The notes under the pieces: model-generated | Seen by the model: the letters and a program-made list of their open reading frames with translations, nothing else | Told to the model about the DNA's origin: nothing | Database searches by the model: none | Shown here: positions 17,891 to 26,859 of the stretch, one piece after another | Numbering within the stretch: the first letter of the stretch is position 1 | How the letters are laid out: every line of letters starts with the position of its first letter | Position numbers and translations under genes: made by a program | Origin: Spirochaetaceae bacterium | GTDB lineage: Bacteria > Spirochaetota > Spirochaetia > DSM-2461 | Direction: 5' to 3' | Assembly: GCA_965224705.1 (NCBI GenBank) | Contig: OZ245056.1 | Location: 2,688,001 to 2,752,000 of the forward strand | DNA: 64,000 nucleotides

Positions 17891-19465
17891 ATGGAACGCA
17901 TGATTTTCATACTGGGATGCGGCGAGATGCAGATTCCTGCATTGAAATTATCAAAGGAGCAGGGCTGGAAAGTTGCTGCGGCTGATGGAAATCCTGATGC
18001 GCCGGGCCGTTTATACTGTGATGAATTCTATCATATTGACCTCAAAGACACCCGGAACCTTGTTTCAGCAGCAAGGAACTTAAGGAAGGGCAGGGGACCC
18101 GATGGTGTTTTTACTGCTGGAACTGATTTCTCCCATGCGGCAGCCCTTGTTGCCTCAGAACTGGGACTGCCCGGCCACAGAGTGGAAGCAGCTTTTTCGG
18201 CAACGGACAAAGTTCAGATGAGAAAGACTTTTGCGGCGGCTGGAGTGCCCTCTCCACCGTTCGCGGAGATTACGGCCGACACTGACCTGAATGAAGCTCT
18301 TCAGAATGTACCCGGGCCATGGGTTGTAAAACCCGTCGACAGCATGGGGGCCCGTGGTGTTGTGCGGATAGATGAAACGGATTTGCATGGGCATGAGATT
18401 CTCAGGGCTGTAGAGCGTGCAGGCAATTACTCACGCTCAGGACGGGTATTGGTCGAAACATACGTGGAAGGTCCTGAATTCAGTCTGGACGCATTGATTG
18501 AAGGGGATCGGATTATTCGATGCGGTCTTGCCGACAGGATAATCAAGTATCCTCCATATTTTGTTGAAATCGGTCATACAATTCCATCCGCTGTCAACAG
18601 GGAATCAGCAGAATCGATCTGGAAGGTCTTTGAGGATGGAATCAATGCACTGGGACTGACCTGGGGTGCGGCCAAGGGTGATATCAAGCTGACTCCCCGG
18701 GGACCTGTGATTGGAGAGATTGCCGCAAGACTGTCAGGAGGCTATATGTCCGGGTGGACCTGGCCGGAAGCTTCTGGAGTGAAGCCGACACTGGGAGGCC
18801 TGTATCTTTCAATGGGTTTGAAACCGGGAGACATGTCACCGAAGCGCAGTCTCATCTGCGCGGAGAGGGCATTAACAGGGATCAGCGGCACTGTCCAGAG
18901 AATTGATGGCAGGGAAGATGCCTTGAAACTTCCTGGAATTCAAGAAGTCTTTCTGCGGTGTAAACCTGGAGATACTGTTAAATTCCCTGTCAACAATGTT
19001 GAAAAAGTTGGCAGTATTATCGCGGTTGGCGATGGGTATATTGAAGTGGGGAATCGAGTGAAGAAGGCCCTGCAGACTCTGAGACTCATTCTTGAACCAT
19101 CAGATGGAACGACCGGGGATTTTCTGGATTCCTTTGATAAATTCCCGCCAGATGCTTTTGCTGTCAATGGTTTTTTCGACCGCCTGTGGCAATCGCACCC
19201 TCCCTGCCCGTCGAAAGGAAGTTCATTGATCAAACCTCCAGTTTTTATTCCCATGAATCTACCAGAATGCAGGGACTACACTGGACGAACTATGGAAGAT
19301 GTCATATATCTCATGGAAAAAGAAGGCTGTTTGAGTATCGTAAAGGAAGAAAAAAGAGAGATGGATTATTCGTATCAGTCCAGTTTCTGGAAAGCACTGG
19401 TTCGCGGCAGTTCTCCGGGACTGAGGTGGTTTCTCGATAAGGGAAAACAGTGCCTCACCCGGTAA
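17891..19465 (+). CDS. ATP-grasp domain ligase
   Basis: 'ILGCGEMQ', 'DK..MR', 'VVKPVDSMGARGV', 'VETYVEGPEFSLD', 'GEIAARLSGG'. Confidence 0.88.
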   Translation: MERMIFILGCGEMQIPALKLSKEQGWKVAAADGNPDAPGRLYCDEFYHIDLKDTRNLVSAARNLRKGRGPDGVFTAGTDFSHAAALVASELGLPGHRVEAAFSATDKVQMRKTFAAAGVPSPPFAEITADTDLNEALQNVPGPWVVKPVDSMGARGVVRIDETDLHGHEILRAVERAGNYSRSGRVLVETYVEGPEFSLDALIEGDRIIRCGLADRIIKYPPYFVEIGHTIPSAVNRESAESIWKVFEDGINALGLTWGAAKGDIKLTPRGPVIGEIAARLSGGYMSGWTWPEASGVKPTLGGLYLSMGLKPGDMSPKRSLICAERALTGISGTVQRIDGREDALKLPGIQEVFLRCKPGDTVKFPVNNVEKVGSIIAVGDGYIEVGNRVKKALQTLRLILEPSDGTTGDFLDSFDKFPPDAFAVNGFFDRLWQSHPPCPSKGSSLIKPPVFIPMNLPECRDYTGRTMEDVIYLMEKEGCLSIVKEEKREMDYSYQSSFWKALVRGSSPGLRWFLDKGKQCLTR

Positions 19466-20499
19466 AGGCTCTCAGTCACACTTCCGGTTTCCTGTTGACA
19501 GCCCTTGTTTTGTTGACAGTAGCCCAGTCGGTAGAGCTTTACGGAGAATCAATGTCCCTTGAGGAACTCCTGCAAAAGACAGGAGTTACGATGAAATGGG
19601 ATTCTCTTCGATCTGCAGGGCGGTTAAGTCGGGATGGAAATACGGTTGTATTTCGTCCAGGTGATCCCTGGATGGTTCTGAACGGTAGAAAACTCCTGGT
19701 ATCCGGCACTGTCATCGAAAGAAATGGCCAGTTGATTTTTTCCGAAGAAGCTGTGAACACACTGCTGGAGATATACAGAGTTGAAACAGAGCCTTCCGGC
19801 TACAAACTGACCACAATACTGATCGATCCAGGACATGGCGGCCGGGATACAGGTGCTCTGAGGCATTGGACGGTTGACGGTGTCCAGATTCCACTTGCTG
19901 AAAAAGATGTTGTTCTGGATATAAGTCTGCATCTGGCTGAAAAACTCCGGGCTCTCTATCCCGGCAAAAGCATAATTCTAACACGCGACAAAGATGTGTA
20001 CCCAACGCTGGAGGAAAGGGTGCACATGGCCAACAATGTCAGTCTGGCAGCCCGTGAAGGAATGGTTTATCTCTCCATACATGCCAATGCTTCTTTGAAT
20101 TCCAGGGCAGAAGGCTATGAAGTATGGTATCTTCCAAGGAACTACCGCCGTAACATCGTTAATGCCTCCCTGTTCGGCCGCAAGGCAGATTCAATCGCTT
20201 CCATTATCAATGCACTCTGGGAAGAAGAGTATACACATGAAAGCATACATCTTGCGGACTTGATTCTTGAAAATCTGCAAACCTTACTGGGGCCCGATAT
20301 ACCAAACCGGGGCCGCCGGGAAGAAAGCTGGTTTGTTGTCAGGAATGTCAAAATGGCATCCGTACTCATTGAGGTAGGATTCATATCGAATCAATATGAG
20401 GCATCCCGCCTTGCCCATCTTGATTACTTGAGATTGATTACCGAAGGTATATATAATGGAATCCGTGACTTTGTCAACTATTTTGAAAACAGGGAGTAA
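19450..20499 (+). CDS. N-acetylmuramoyl-L-alanine amidase (Amidase_3)
   Basis: 'IDPGHGGRDTGA', 'EKD', 'LTR', 'SIHANA', 'VLIEVGFISN'. Confidence 0.93.
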   Translation: MPHPVKALSHTSGFLLTALVLLTVAQSVELYGESMSLEELLQKTGVTMKWDSLRSAGRLSRDGNTVVFRPGDPWMVLNGRKLLVSGTVIERNGQLIFSEEAVNTLLEIYRVETEPSGYKLTTILIDPGHGGRDTGALRHWTVDGVQIPLAEKDVVLDISLHLAEKLRALYPGKSIILTRDKDVYPTLEERVHMANNVSLAAREGMVYLSIHANASLNSRAEGYEVWYLPRNYRRNIVNASLFGRKADSIASIINALWEEEYTHESIHLADLILENLQTLLGPDIPNRGRREESWFVVRNVKMASVLIEVGFISNQYEASRLAHLDYLRLITEGIYNGIRDFVNYFENRE

Positions 20500-20511
20500 T
20501 AGACAGTTTTA

Positions 20512-20994
20512 ATGCAGCAAAGGAAATTCTCTGGACCTCTCATCCCATTATCCCTGATAGCTTTATTTTATTTTACAAGCATTCTTCTATACTTCATCCT
20601 GCCGCCCGATACTCGCGGGTATGTTTTTAGATATCCAGTCAATACAGGAGAATCCAATGGATCTGAAAGGAGAGATGTCCCGTCCAGAGTTAATCTTGAG
20701 GAGCAGATTGAGGTGTATCTCAAAGAGTTGTTCACAGGCCCAATTACCCTGGCTCTTTCACCAACAGTTCCCCGGGGTACGAAGCTGAATCATGTCGCAG
20801 TAATCGAAAGAATCACCTACATTGACCTTGGAATCAGGATGTTGTCCGCAGCTTCTGAGTTGTCATTCTCATTTGATGCCGCTCTTGAAAACATACGATT
20901 TAATCTGCTTTTCAATTTTCCAGGACTGAAGGATGTTGTGTTCACAATTGAAGGCCAACAAGTTAATACAACCCCTTTTTTTCAAGAAAAGTAG
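20512..20994 (+). CDS. GerMN-domain protein
   Basis: N-terminal TM, 'ELFTGP......PRGTKL', 'V.FTIEG'; usual amidase neighbour. Confidence 0.7.
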   Translation: MQQRKFSGPLIPLSLIALFYFTSILLYFILPPDTRGYVFRYPVNTGESNGSERRDVPSRVNLEEQIEVYLKELFTGPITLALSPTVPRGTKLNHVAVIERITYIDLGIRMLSAASELSFSFDAALENIRFNLLFNFPGLKDVVFTIEGQQVNTTPFFQEK

Positions 20995-21033
20995 AAAAAA
21001 AATGAAAAAGCCTGAAAATTTCGAGCTGATTCG

Positions 21034-21062
21034 TTGACAGTTGGGTTTCAAAATTGTAGTTT
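21034..21062 (+). promoter_or_regulatory. Putative sigma70 promoter of flaA
   Basis: TTGACA-17 bp-TAGTTT, about 45 bp upstream of the start codon. Confidence 0.6.
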
Positions 21063-21107
21063 TTACAGGTAAATATCCAAATCTTCATTTTGAAAAAGGA
21101 GCCTTCT

Positions 21108-22082
21108 ATGAAAAAGTTTTTCTTTTCTCTCATCGCTATTCTACTCTTAACAGGTATTGCATTTTCCGAGGAGAGCGTTTTACTTGATTTCAGTGAGTTG
21201 ATTGATGACTATCAGGGGGAACATCAGGCAACAGTTATAGACTTCAGTATGTTTGCAGGGACTCAGTTCACTGAGGATGAAAAACAGAAAATGATAACAT
21301 CATTATTAATCCCCAACTGGGAAGTCAAGTTCTCATCTTCATCTCAAACAGTCCTCAATAATGAATTGTCCTACACAAAATCTGTTACTGTCGCGGATAC
21401 ATCTTCTCAATTTGCCGGAGAGCAGGTTATGGGAGTACGAGTCCATTTTCCAGAACTTCCATTTAATTCCTATGCATGGGTAAAACCACCATTTGTAATT
21501 CCCGCATTTTCAACCAATTCCGTTGTGAATGATGCACCCAGAGGTACTCAGTTCAATGAATTGGGCACTGTGAAGAATGTCGGTGTATTGAGATCTCTTG
21601 AAATCAATGTATACGGCATGAATTACCCGATTGGTCTTGCCGTAGTCTTGAGAGATCAGGACGAACAATTCCACGAAGTGAAACTGGGTTATCTTGACTT
21701 TGATGGCTGGCGCAAGCTGGTATGGCAGAATCCAAATTATGTTCAGGATGTGCGCAACCGTGTTCTGGTAAGAAAATCACTTTATCCCCGCGAAGTCCCC
21801 TACGTGGTTCTGGACAGTATTCAATACTACAAAGATGCCATGAAAGAAGGCGGCGATTTCATAAGTTATGTTAAGGATATCGCAGTCACCTATGATCTTG
21901 CTGTGGTAACCGATGTGGATGAGGATCTTAAGCATGAAGAGATCTGGGGAATCCTGGCCGAAAGAGAGGAGGAACGCCGCAGATTTGAAACTTCTCGTTT
22001 AACCGACAAAGAAGTATTGCGGTTCCTTGAAGCGAAGAAAATGCATAAAGAAACTGAAGAACCTCAAGATGCAGTTCAGTAA
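21108..22082 (+). CDS. flaA: Flagellar filament outer layer (sheath) protein FlaA
   Basis: Signal peptide; 'NWEV', 'GVRVHFP...FNS.A..KPPF.IPA', 'KNVG', 'LDFDGWRKL.WQNPNY'; AAGGAG RBS. Confidence 0.93.
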   Translation: MKKFFFSLIAILLLTGIAFSEESVLLDFSELIDDYQGEHQATVIDFSMFAGTQFTEDEKQKMITSLLIPNWEVKFSSSSQTVLNNELSYTKSVTVADTSSQFAGEQVMGVRVHFPELPFNSYAWVKPPFVIPAFSTNSVVNDAPRGTQFNELGTVKNVGVLRSLEINVYGMNYPIGLAVVLRDQDEQFHEVKLGYLDFDGWRKLVWQNPNYVQDVRNRVLVRKSLYPREVPYVVLDSIQYYKDAMKEGGDFISYVKDIAVTYDLAVVTDVDEDLKHEEIWGILAEREEERRRFETSRLTDKEVLRFLEAKKMHKETEEPQDAVQ

Positions 22083-22096
22083 TTGCTGAATTCCTG

Positions 22097-22130
22097 AAAA
22101 AGATCCGACAAAAGTCGGATCTTTTTTTTT
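22097..22130 (+). terminator. Rho-independent terminator after flaA
   Basis: aaaaagatccgac-aaaa-gtcggatc followed by T9. Confidence 0.9.
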
Positions 22131-22184
22131 GTTACAGAGTCATCATCTTCTAAAGAAATTGATTATCCAGTATACTCTTCCTGT

Positions 22185-24494
22185 ATGAGTGACTATTTGG
22201 ATCCAGGGAATGAAGAATTACTCAAGGATTTCTTTGTTGAAGCCCAAATGCAGGTTGAGCTGATAGAACAAAATGCCTTGGAGTTGGAGGATAATCCCGG
22301 GGATGAGGCTGCAGTTGATGAGATCTTTAGAGCGGCCCATACCCTGAAAGGCGGATCCGCAACTGTTCAAATGGATGAATTAACAGGTTTTACTCACAAA
22401 CTTGAAGATCTTCTGGATGAATTGCGGAAAGGACAGATTTCCATTGGGGAAAACCACATCAATGTTTTGCTCTCATCAGTTGATGTTCTCAAAGAGATGC
22501 TTTCCTCCAGAATGGAAGGCAATGTTTACAAGGATGATTACACAAGTGTTCTCCAGAATCTTGAATTAGTCTCGAATCAGTCTTCATCAATTCAAGCCGC
22601 CCCTCAAGTCACCCCGGAGAAGCCAGAAAAAACACTCCTGCCTGAGAAAATATCGGAATATGACAAACTGGAGATGATGTCTCTGGTCGGCGAAGATGAA
22701 AAAGTCCTCAAAATCCAGGTGTATTTCGACGAATCAAATCCGATGAAGACAGTCGGAAGTATTCAAATGATTGCCAAACTGAAAGATGTTGGCCAGATCC
22801 TGAAAACTGTTCCGGATTTTGATCTGCTCTATCAGGAAAATTTCTTCCCTGTAGTCGATTATTTTGTCTCTGTAAATAAAAGTGATTCGGTTCCAGAGAG
22901 TTTATTTCGTATCCCGGATGTTACTTCCAACATTGTCGTGCAAAGTATTGAAGATAGTATTGATAAAAGTGAACCCTCTTCCTTGAAACTTCAGTCAGAA
23001 CCTCAGAAAGAGACAAAACCACCAGAAACCCCGCCTGTAGCCGAAAAACCTGAAGCAAAAGTAGAAAAGCAGCCCAATCCTTCCCGTGATAACAGCGATG
23101 GTTCCATACTGAGAGTAAACAGTATGCGTATTGATAAGCTCCTGAATCTTGTCAGTGAATCAGTGATAACCAAAGCTTCAATTAATCAGATTGGTATTCG
23201 TTTTCAGAATATCATCCATGACTTGAACAGTAATGATTCAACCGCCAGTACCAGAAACAGTGCTCAGCTGAGTCGATTGCTGTCTCAATTGGAAAATCAG
23301 GCTGGATCCGGTCGGCAAACTGAACTTCCCAGAGAGGAGGTTCAGTCATTGTTTGATGATTTACACCAGAATTTTTCTAATCTGAAAACTGAGTTGAAGA
23401 GTGTTATTGACGATTTTCGTAATACATCGGCAGTACTGGCTCGTAACACCGGCGATCTTCATGGGGCTATACTGAGAATCCGTATGGTTCCTATCCGCCA
23501 GATATTCGGACGTTTCCCAAGATTGGTCAGAGACCTTTCAAAGAGCCTTAACAAAAAAATTGAGCTGATTGTTGAGGGAGAAAACACTGAGCTTGATAAA
23601 TCAGTTGCCGAAGAACTGCTTGACCCATTGATGCATTGCGTAAGGAATTCCATGGATCATGGTATTGAATCGGCTGATGTCCGCCGGGCAAGCGGCAAGT
23701 CAGAGCAGGGAAAACTGTGGCTGAAGGCTTCCAATGAAGGAAATAAGATTGTAATCGAAATTGAAGATGATGGAGGGGGGATTGATGTCGAGAAAGTAAA
23801 GCAGAAAGCTATTGACAGAAAGGTTATTCATCCGAACAAGATTCTGTCCAATATTGAGGCTTTTGACCTGATTTTCAGCCCTGGTTTTTCCACGGCATCA
23901 GAGATTACAAATATCTCAGGACGCGGTGTCGGCCTTGATGTAGTCCGCAAACAAATAGAAAAACTCAATGGCAGTGTCACAGTGAAATCAACACTGGGAG
24001 AGGGAACTGCCTTCATTATAAGATTGCCTCTTACAATGGCAATCATCCAGGGGTTGTTGATCAGTGTCGGTAAAGAAATCTATGCAATTCCTGTTACCAG
24101 CGTTTTAGAAAGCCACAGGATCAAATCCAATGAGATTGAGATTCTTGAAAACAATGAAGTAATCAATGTACGCGGCACCATTACAACTCTTCTCCGCCTG
24201 CATAAGCTTTTTAGAATTGAATCATCTGTAGATTCGGAGTATAGTAATGTTGTCATTGTGGGCAATGGAGACACCAAGATGGGTCTGATGGTTGACTCTC
24301 TCGTCGGCGAGGAGGATGTTGTTATAAAACCACTCAAAGATAGATATACAAACGCTCCGGGGATAGCAGGAGCAACAATTCTCGGAGACGGCACTGTTGC
24401 TCTTATCCTTGATATCAATCAATTATTGAGCATTACCCGCAGACCTGAACTGGAAAATGGAAATTGGGAAAAGATGAGTAATGGATCACGATAA
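22185..24494 (+). CDS. cheA: Chemotaxis histidine kinase CheA
   Basis: Hpt 'IFRAAHTLKG', 'HCVRNSMDHGIE', 'EDDGGG', 'PGFSTA...SGRGVGLDVV', C-terminal CheW domain. Confidence 0.97.
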   Translation: MSDYLDPGNEELLKDFFVEAQMQVELIEQNALELEDNPGDEAAVDEIFRAAHTLKGGSATVQMDELTGFTHKLEDLLDELRKGQISIGENHINVLLSSVDVLKEMLSSRMEGNVYKDDYTSVLQNLELVSNQSSSIQAAPQVTPEKPEKTLLPEKISEYDKLEMMSLVGEDEKVLKIQVYFDESNPMKTVGSIQMIAKLKDVGQILKTVPDFDLLYQENFFPVVDYFVSVNKSDSVPESLFRIPDVTSNIVVQSIEDSIDKSEPSSLKLQSEPQKETKPPETPPVAEKPEAKVEKQPNPSRDNSDGSILRVNSMRIDKLLNLVSESVITKASINQIGIRFQNIIHDLNSNDSTASTRNSAQLSRLLSQLENQAGSGRQTELPREEVQSLFDDLHQNFSNLKTELKSVIDDFRNTSAVLARNTGDLHGAILRIRMVPIRQIFGRFPRLVRDLSKSLNKKIELIVEGENTELDKSVAEELLDPLMHCVRNSMDHGIESADVRRASGKSEQGKLWLKASNEGNKIVIEIEDDGGGIDVEKVKQKAIDRKVIHPNKILSNIEAFDLIFSPGFSTASEITNISGRGVGLDVVRKQIEKLNGSVTVKSTLGEGTAFIIRLPLTMAIIQGLLISVGKEIYAIPVTSVLESHRIKSNEIEILENNEVINVRGTITTLLRLHKLFRIESSVDSEYSNVVIVGNGDTKMGLMVDSLVGEEDVVIKPLKDRYTNAPGIAGATILGDGTVALILDINQLLSITRRPELENGNWEKMSNGSR

Positions 24495-25809
24495 TAACAT
24501 AATTGTAAAAGAAACAATCAGTTCTCCTTCTCCATCCATGAGTTTCAAGATGGTAACTTTCACACTTGCCGGCAAGGATTATTCAATTGACATCATGAAA
24601 GTGAAGGAGATTATCAAGGCGTCAAAGTTCACATTCGTACCCAACTCAGCACCATTTGTCAAAGGTGTTTACAATCTTCGGGGAGATATTATTTCCGTCA
24701 TAGATCTTCGGAAGTTTTTCAATTTAACCTTTGAGGAATCGAAGTCCACCCTGGACAGTCTTATCATACTGCAATTGGAAAGCCTGGTCATTGCAGTTGT
24801 TGTTGACAAAATTGACAGCGTCTCAATCATTCCCTCCAGCGCACTACAGCCCCCACACCCACTCTTTGCTGATATCAATTTGAAGTATATAAAAGGCCTG
24901 ATTGAAGACAATGGCAAGATTTTTCTTTTGCTTGATGTAGAAAGAATCTTCGATCCGGAAAAACCGCTTGAAGGTGATGATCAGAAAAGAACTGATATCA
25001 CAGCACCAGCTTCATCCTCCACGCCTGACAGCATGAATGAGGAAGTTGATATTGGGTTTATTATTGAGACTCTGGCGAGGTTTGTATCCTTCCACGCTAC
25101 TTCGGTTAATCAGGATTGGGTGAGAAATCGCCTTAAATCATGGAAGGAATCCCATAACAGTAAAAATTTCCAACTCACCAGTGCTGCTGATGCCGAGAGT
25201 TTTTTGAGTTCATTCCATTCTCCTTATTCTGGAGCCTTCTGGAGTGAAGAATACATTGAAATCATAGCTTCTTTTCTGGATCCTGATACTCAGGGCGTAT
25301 TCCAGGTATGGAATCCTGGCTGTGGACGCGGATATGAAACTTACTCACTGGCCTGCATGCTGAAAAGACTTCTACCAGATGTTCATCTGCGCATCATTGC
25401 CCAGGATAATGATCTCATCAATATCTCCATAGCACCAAGTCTTTCAGTCGAACAAAAAGAAATCCCACCAGGTCCACTATATGAAAAATTTCTGGTGGAG
25501 AGTGTTAAAGGCCGACAATTCTCAAAGGAAATCAAGGATTCCATTCTATTTGAGTACCATGATATAACACATGAGCATACATTACCGGAACTGGATTTTG
25601 TTGTTATAAGAGATACTGTTTCCTATCTTACTCGTGAGCAGCAGAAGAAGCTGTTCTCAGTGCTGGATGAACAGATGAAACCCGGGGCACTGCTGCTGGC
25701 GGGAAAAAATGAAGTGCCATTAGATCAGGATGACTGGGAAAGGCTTGCAAAATCTGGAGTAGTAATGTATAAGAAGAAACTGAGTGGTAAACAGGAGGTT
25801 TTGCTGTGA
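24481..25809 (+). CDS. cheW: CheW protein with C-terminal CheR-like domain
   Basis: 'VKGVYNLRGDIISVIDL'; later 'VWNPGCGRGYETYSLA', 'FEYHD', 'IRD' methyltransferase-like motifs. Confidence 0.9.
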   Translation: MDHDNNIIVKETISSPSPSMSFKMVTFTLAGKDYSIDIMKVKEIIKASKFTFVPNSAPFVKGVYNLRGDIISVIDLRKFFNLTFEESKSTLDSLIILQLESLVIAVVVDKIDSVSIIPSSALQPPHPLFADINLKYIKGLIEDNGKIFLLLDVERIFDPEKPLEGDDQKRTDITAPASSSTPDSMNEEVDIGFIIETLARFVSFHATSVNQDWVRNRLKSWKESHNSKNFQLTSAADAESFLSSFHSPYSGAFWSEEYIEIIASFLDPDTQGVFQVWNPGCGRGYETYSLACMLKRLLPDVHLRIIAQDNDLINISIAPSLSVEQKEIPPGPLYEKFLVESVKGRQFSKEIKDSILFEYHDITHEHTLPELDFVVIRDTVSYLTREQQKKLFSVLDEQMKPGALLLAGKNEVPLDQDDWERLAKSGVVMYKKKLSGKQEVLL

Positions 25810-26288
25810 GAGTTGAATACATCAATCCATTTGTTGAGTCAGCGTACGATGTCCTCAAAGAAGTTTTGAAGATGGAAGTTCATCGGAAAGATCTTTATTT
25901 GAAAAAGACATCCCAGCCAATAAATGGTATTGGAGCACTAGTTGGATTAGCAGGGGATGTTGAAGGTTGGGCATTGCTTGATATGGGCAGTGAAACAGCT
26001 ATAAGAATTGCATCCAGAATGAATGATGAAGAACTGACTGAGATGAATGATTTAGTTCAGGCAACTATCAGTGAACTGGCGAATATGATTACTGCCAAAG
26101 CTGTCACAAAGCTGTATGATCTTGGATTTAAGTTCGATTTAACACCGCCTTCCATTATAATAGGGAGTGAGATGCGTGTGACCAATGCCAATGTTGAAGC
26201 ACTTATAGTACCCCTGGAAGTCCCTCAGGGAGTTCTGGAAATAAATATTGCAATTAGCGAAAGAGATGGCAGGAGATCGTTGAAATGA
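25806..26288 (+). CDS. cheX: CheY-P phosphatase CheX
   Basis: 'EYINPF', 'ISELANMI', 'LTPP'. Confidence 0.93.
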   Translation: MRVEYINPFVESAYDVLKEVLKMEVHRKDLYLKKTSQPINGIGALVGLAGDVEGWALLDMGSETAIRIASRMNDEELTEMNDLVQATISELANMITAKAVTKLYDLGFKFDLTPPSIIIGSEMRVTNANVEALIVPLEVPQGVLEINIAISERDGRRSLK

Positions 26289-26722
26289 TTGATTCAAAGA
26301 GATTATTGACAGCCGGTGATGGTGTCCCTGGAGGAATCAGCAGCTCGGGAAAATCCTATCGAGTATTAATAGTGGATGATTCCATGTTTATTACCAAGCA
26401 GATTACCCAGATTCTTACTTCGGATGAATTTGAAGTCGTTGGAACAGCAGTCGATGGAATAGACGGTTTGTCAAAATACAAGGCACTTCATCCTGGCGTC
26501 GACCTGGTTACAATGGACATTACAATGCCCAAGATGGATGGTGTAACAGCACTTGAGAAAATTCTTGAGTTTGACAAAAATGCAAAAGTTGTTATGATCA
26601 GTGCTCTGGGTAAGGAAGATCTGGTTAAGAAGTCTTTACTTATTGGTGCAAAGAACTACATTGTCAAGCCCCTGGATCGAATCAAGGTGCTTGAACGCAT
26701 TACAAGTGTTCTGAATTCATAG
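26285..26722 (+). CDS. cheY: Chemotaxis response regulator CheY
   Basis: 'LIVDDS', 'MDITMPKMDG', 'YIVKP'. Confidence 0.93.
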   Translation: MIDSKRLLTAGDGVPGGISSSGKSYRVLIVDDSMFITKQITQILTSDEFEVVGTAVDGIDGLSKYKALHPGVDLVTMDITMPKMDGVTALEKILEFDKNAKVVMISALGKEDLVKKSLLIGAKNYIVKPLDRIKVLERITSVLNS

Positions 26723-26739
26723 ACTTTTTCTACTGTTAA

Positions 26740-26813
26740 GGGCGGCTAGCTCAGTTGGTTAGAGTACGTGCTTGACATGCACGGGGTCACTGGTTCGAAT
26801 CCAGTGTCGCCCA
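26740..26813 (+). tRNA. tRNA-Val (GAC)
   Basis: Acceptor gggcggc/gtcgccc; anticodon arm cgtgc-ttGACat-gcacg; T-loop ggttcgaatcc; no encoded CCA. Confidence 0.96.
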
Positions 26814-26859
26814 AAATCACAGCACATTCCGCAATTGCCGTCAGAACAGAAGTGGGCAG

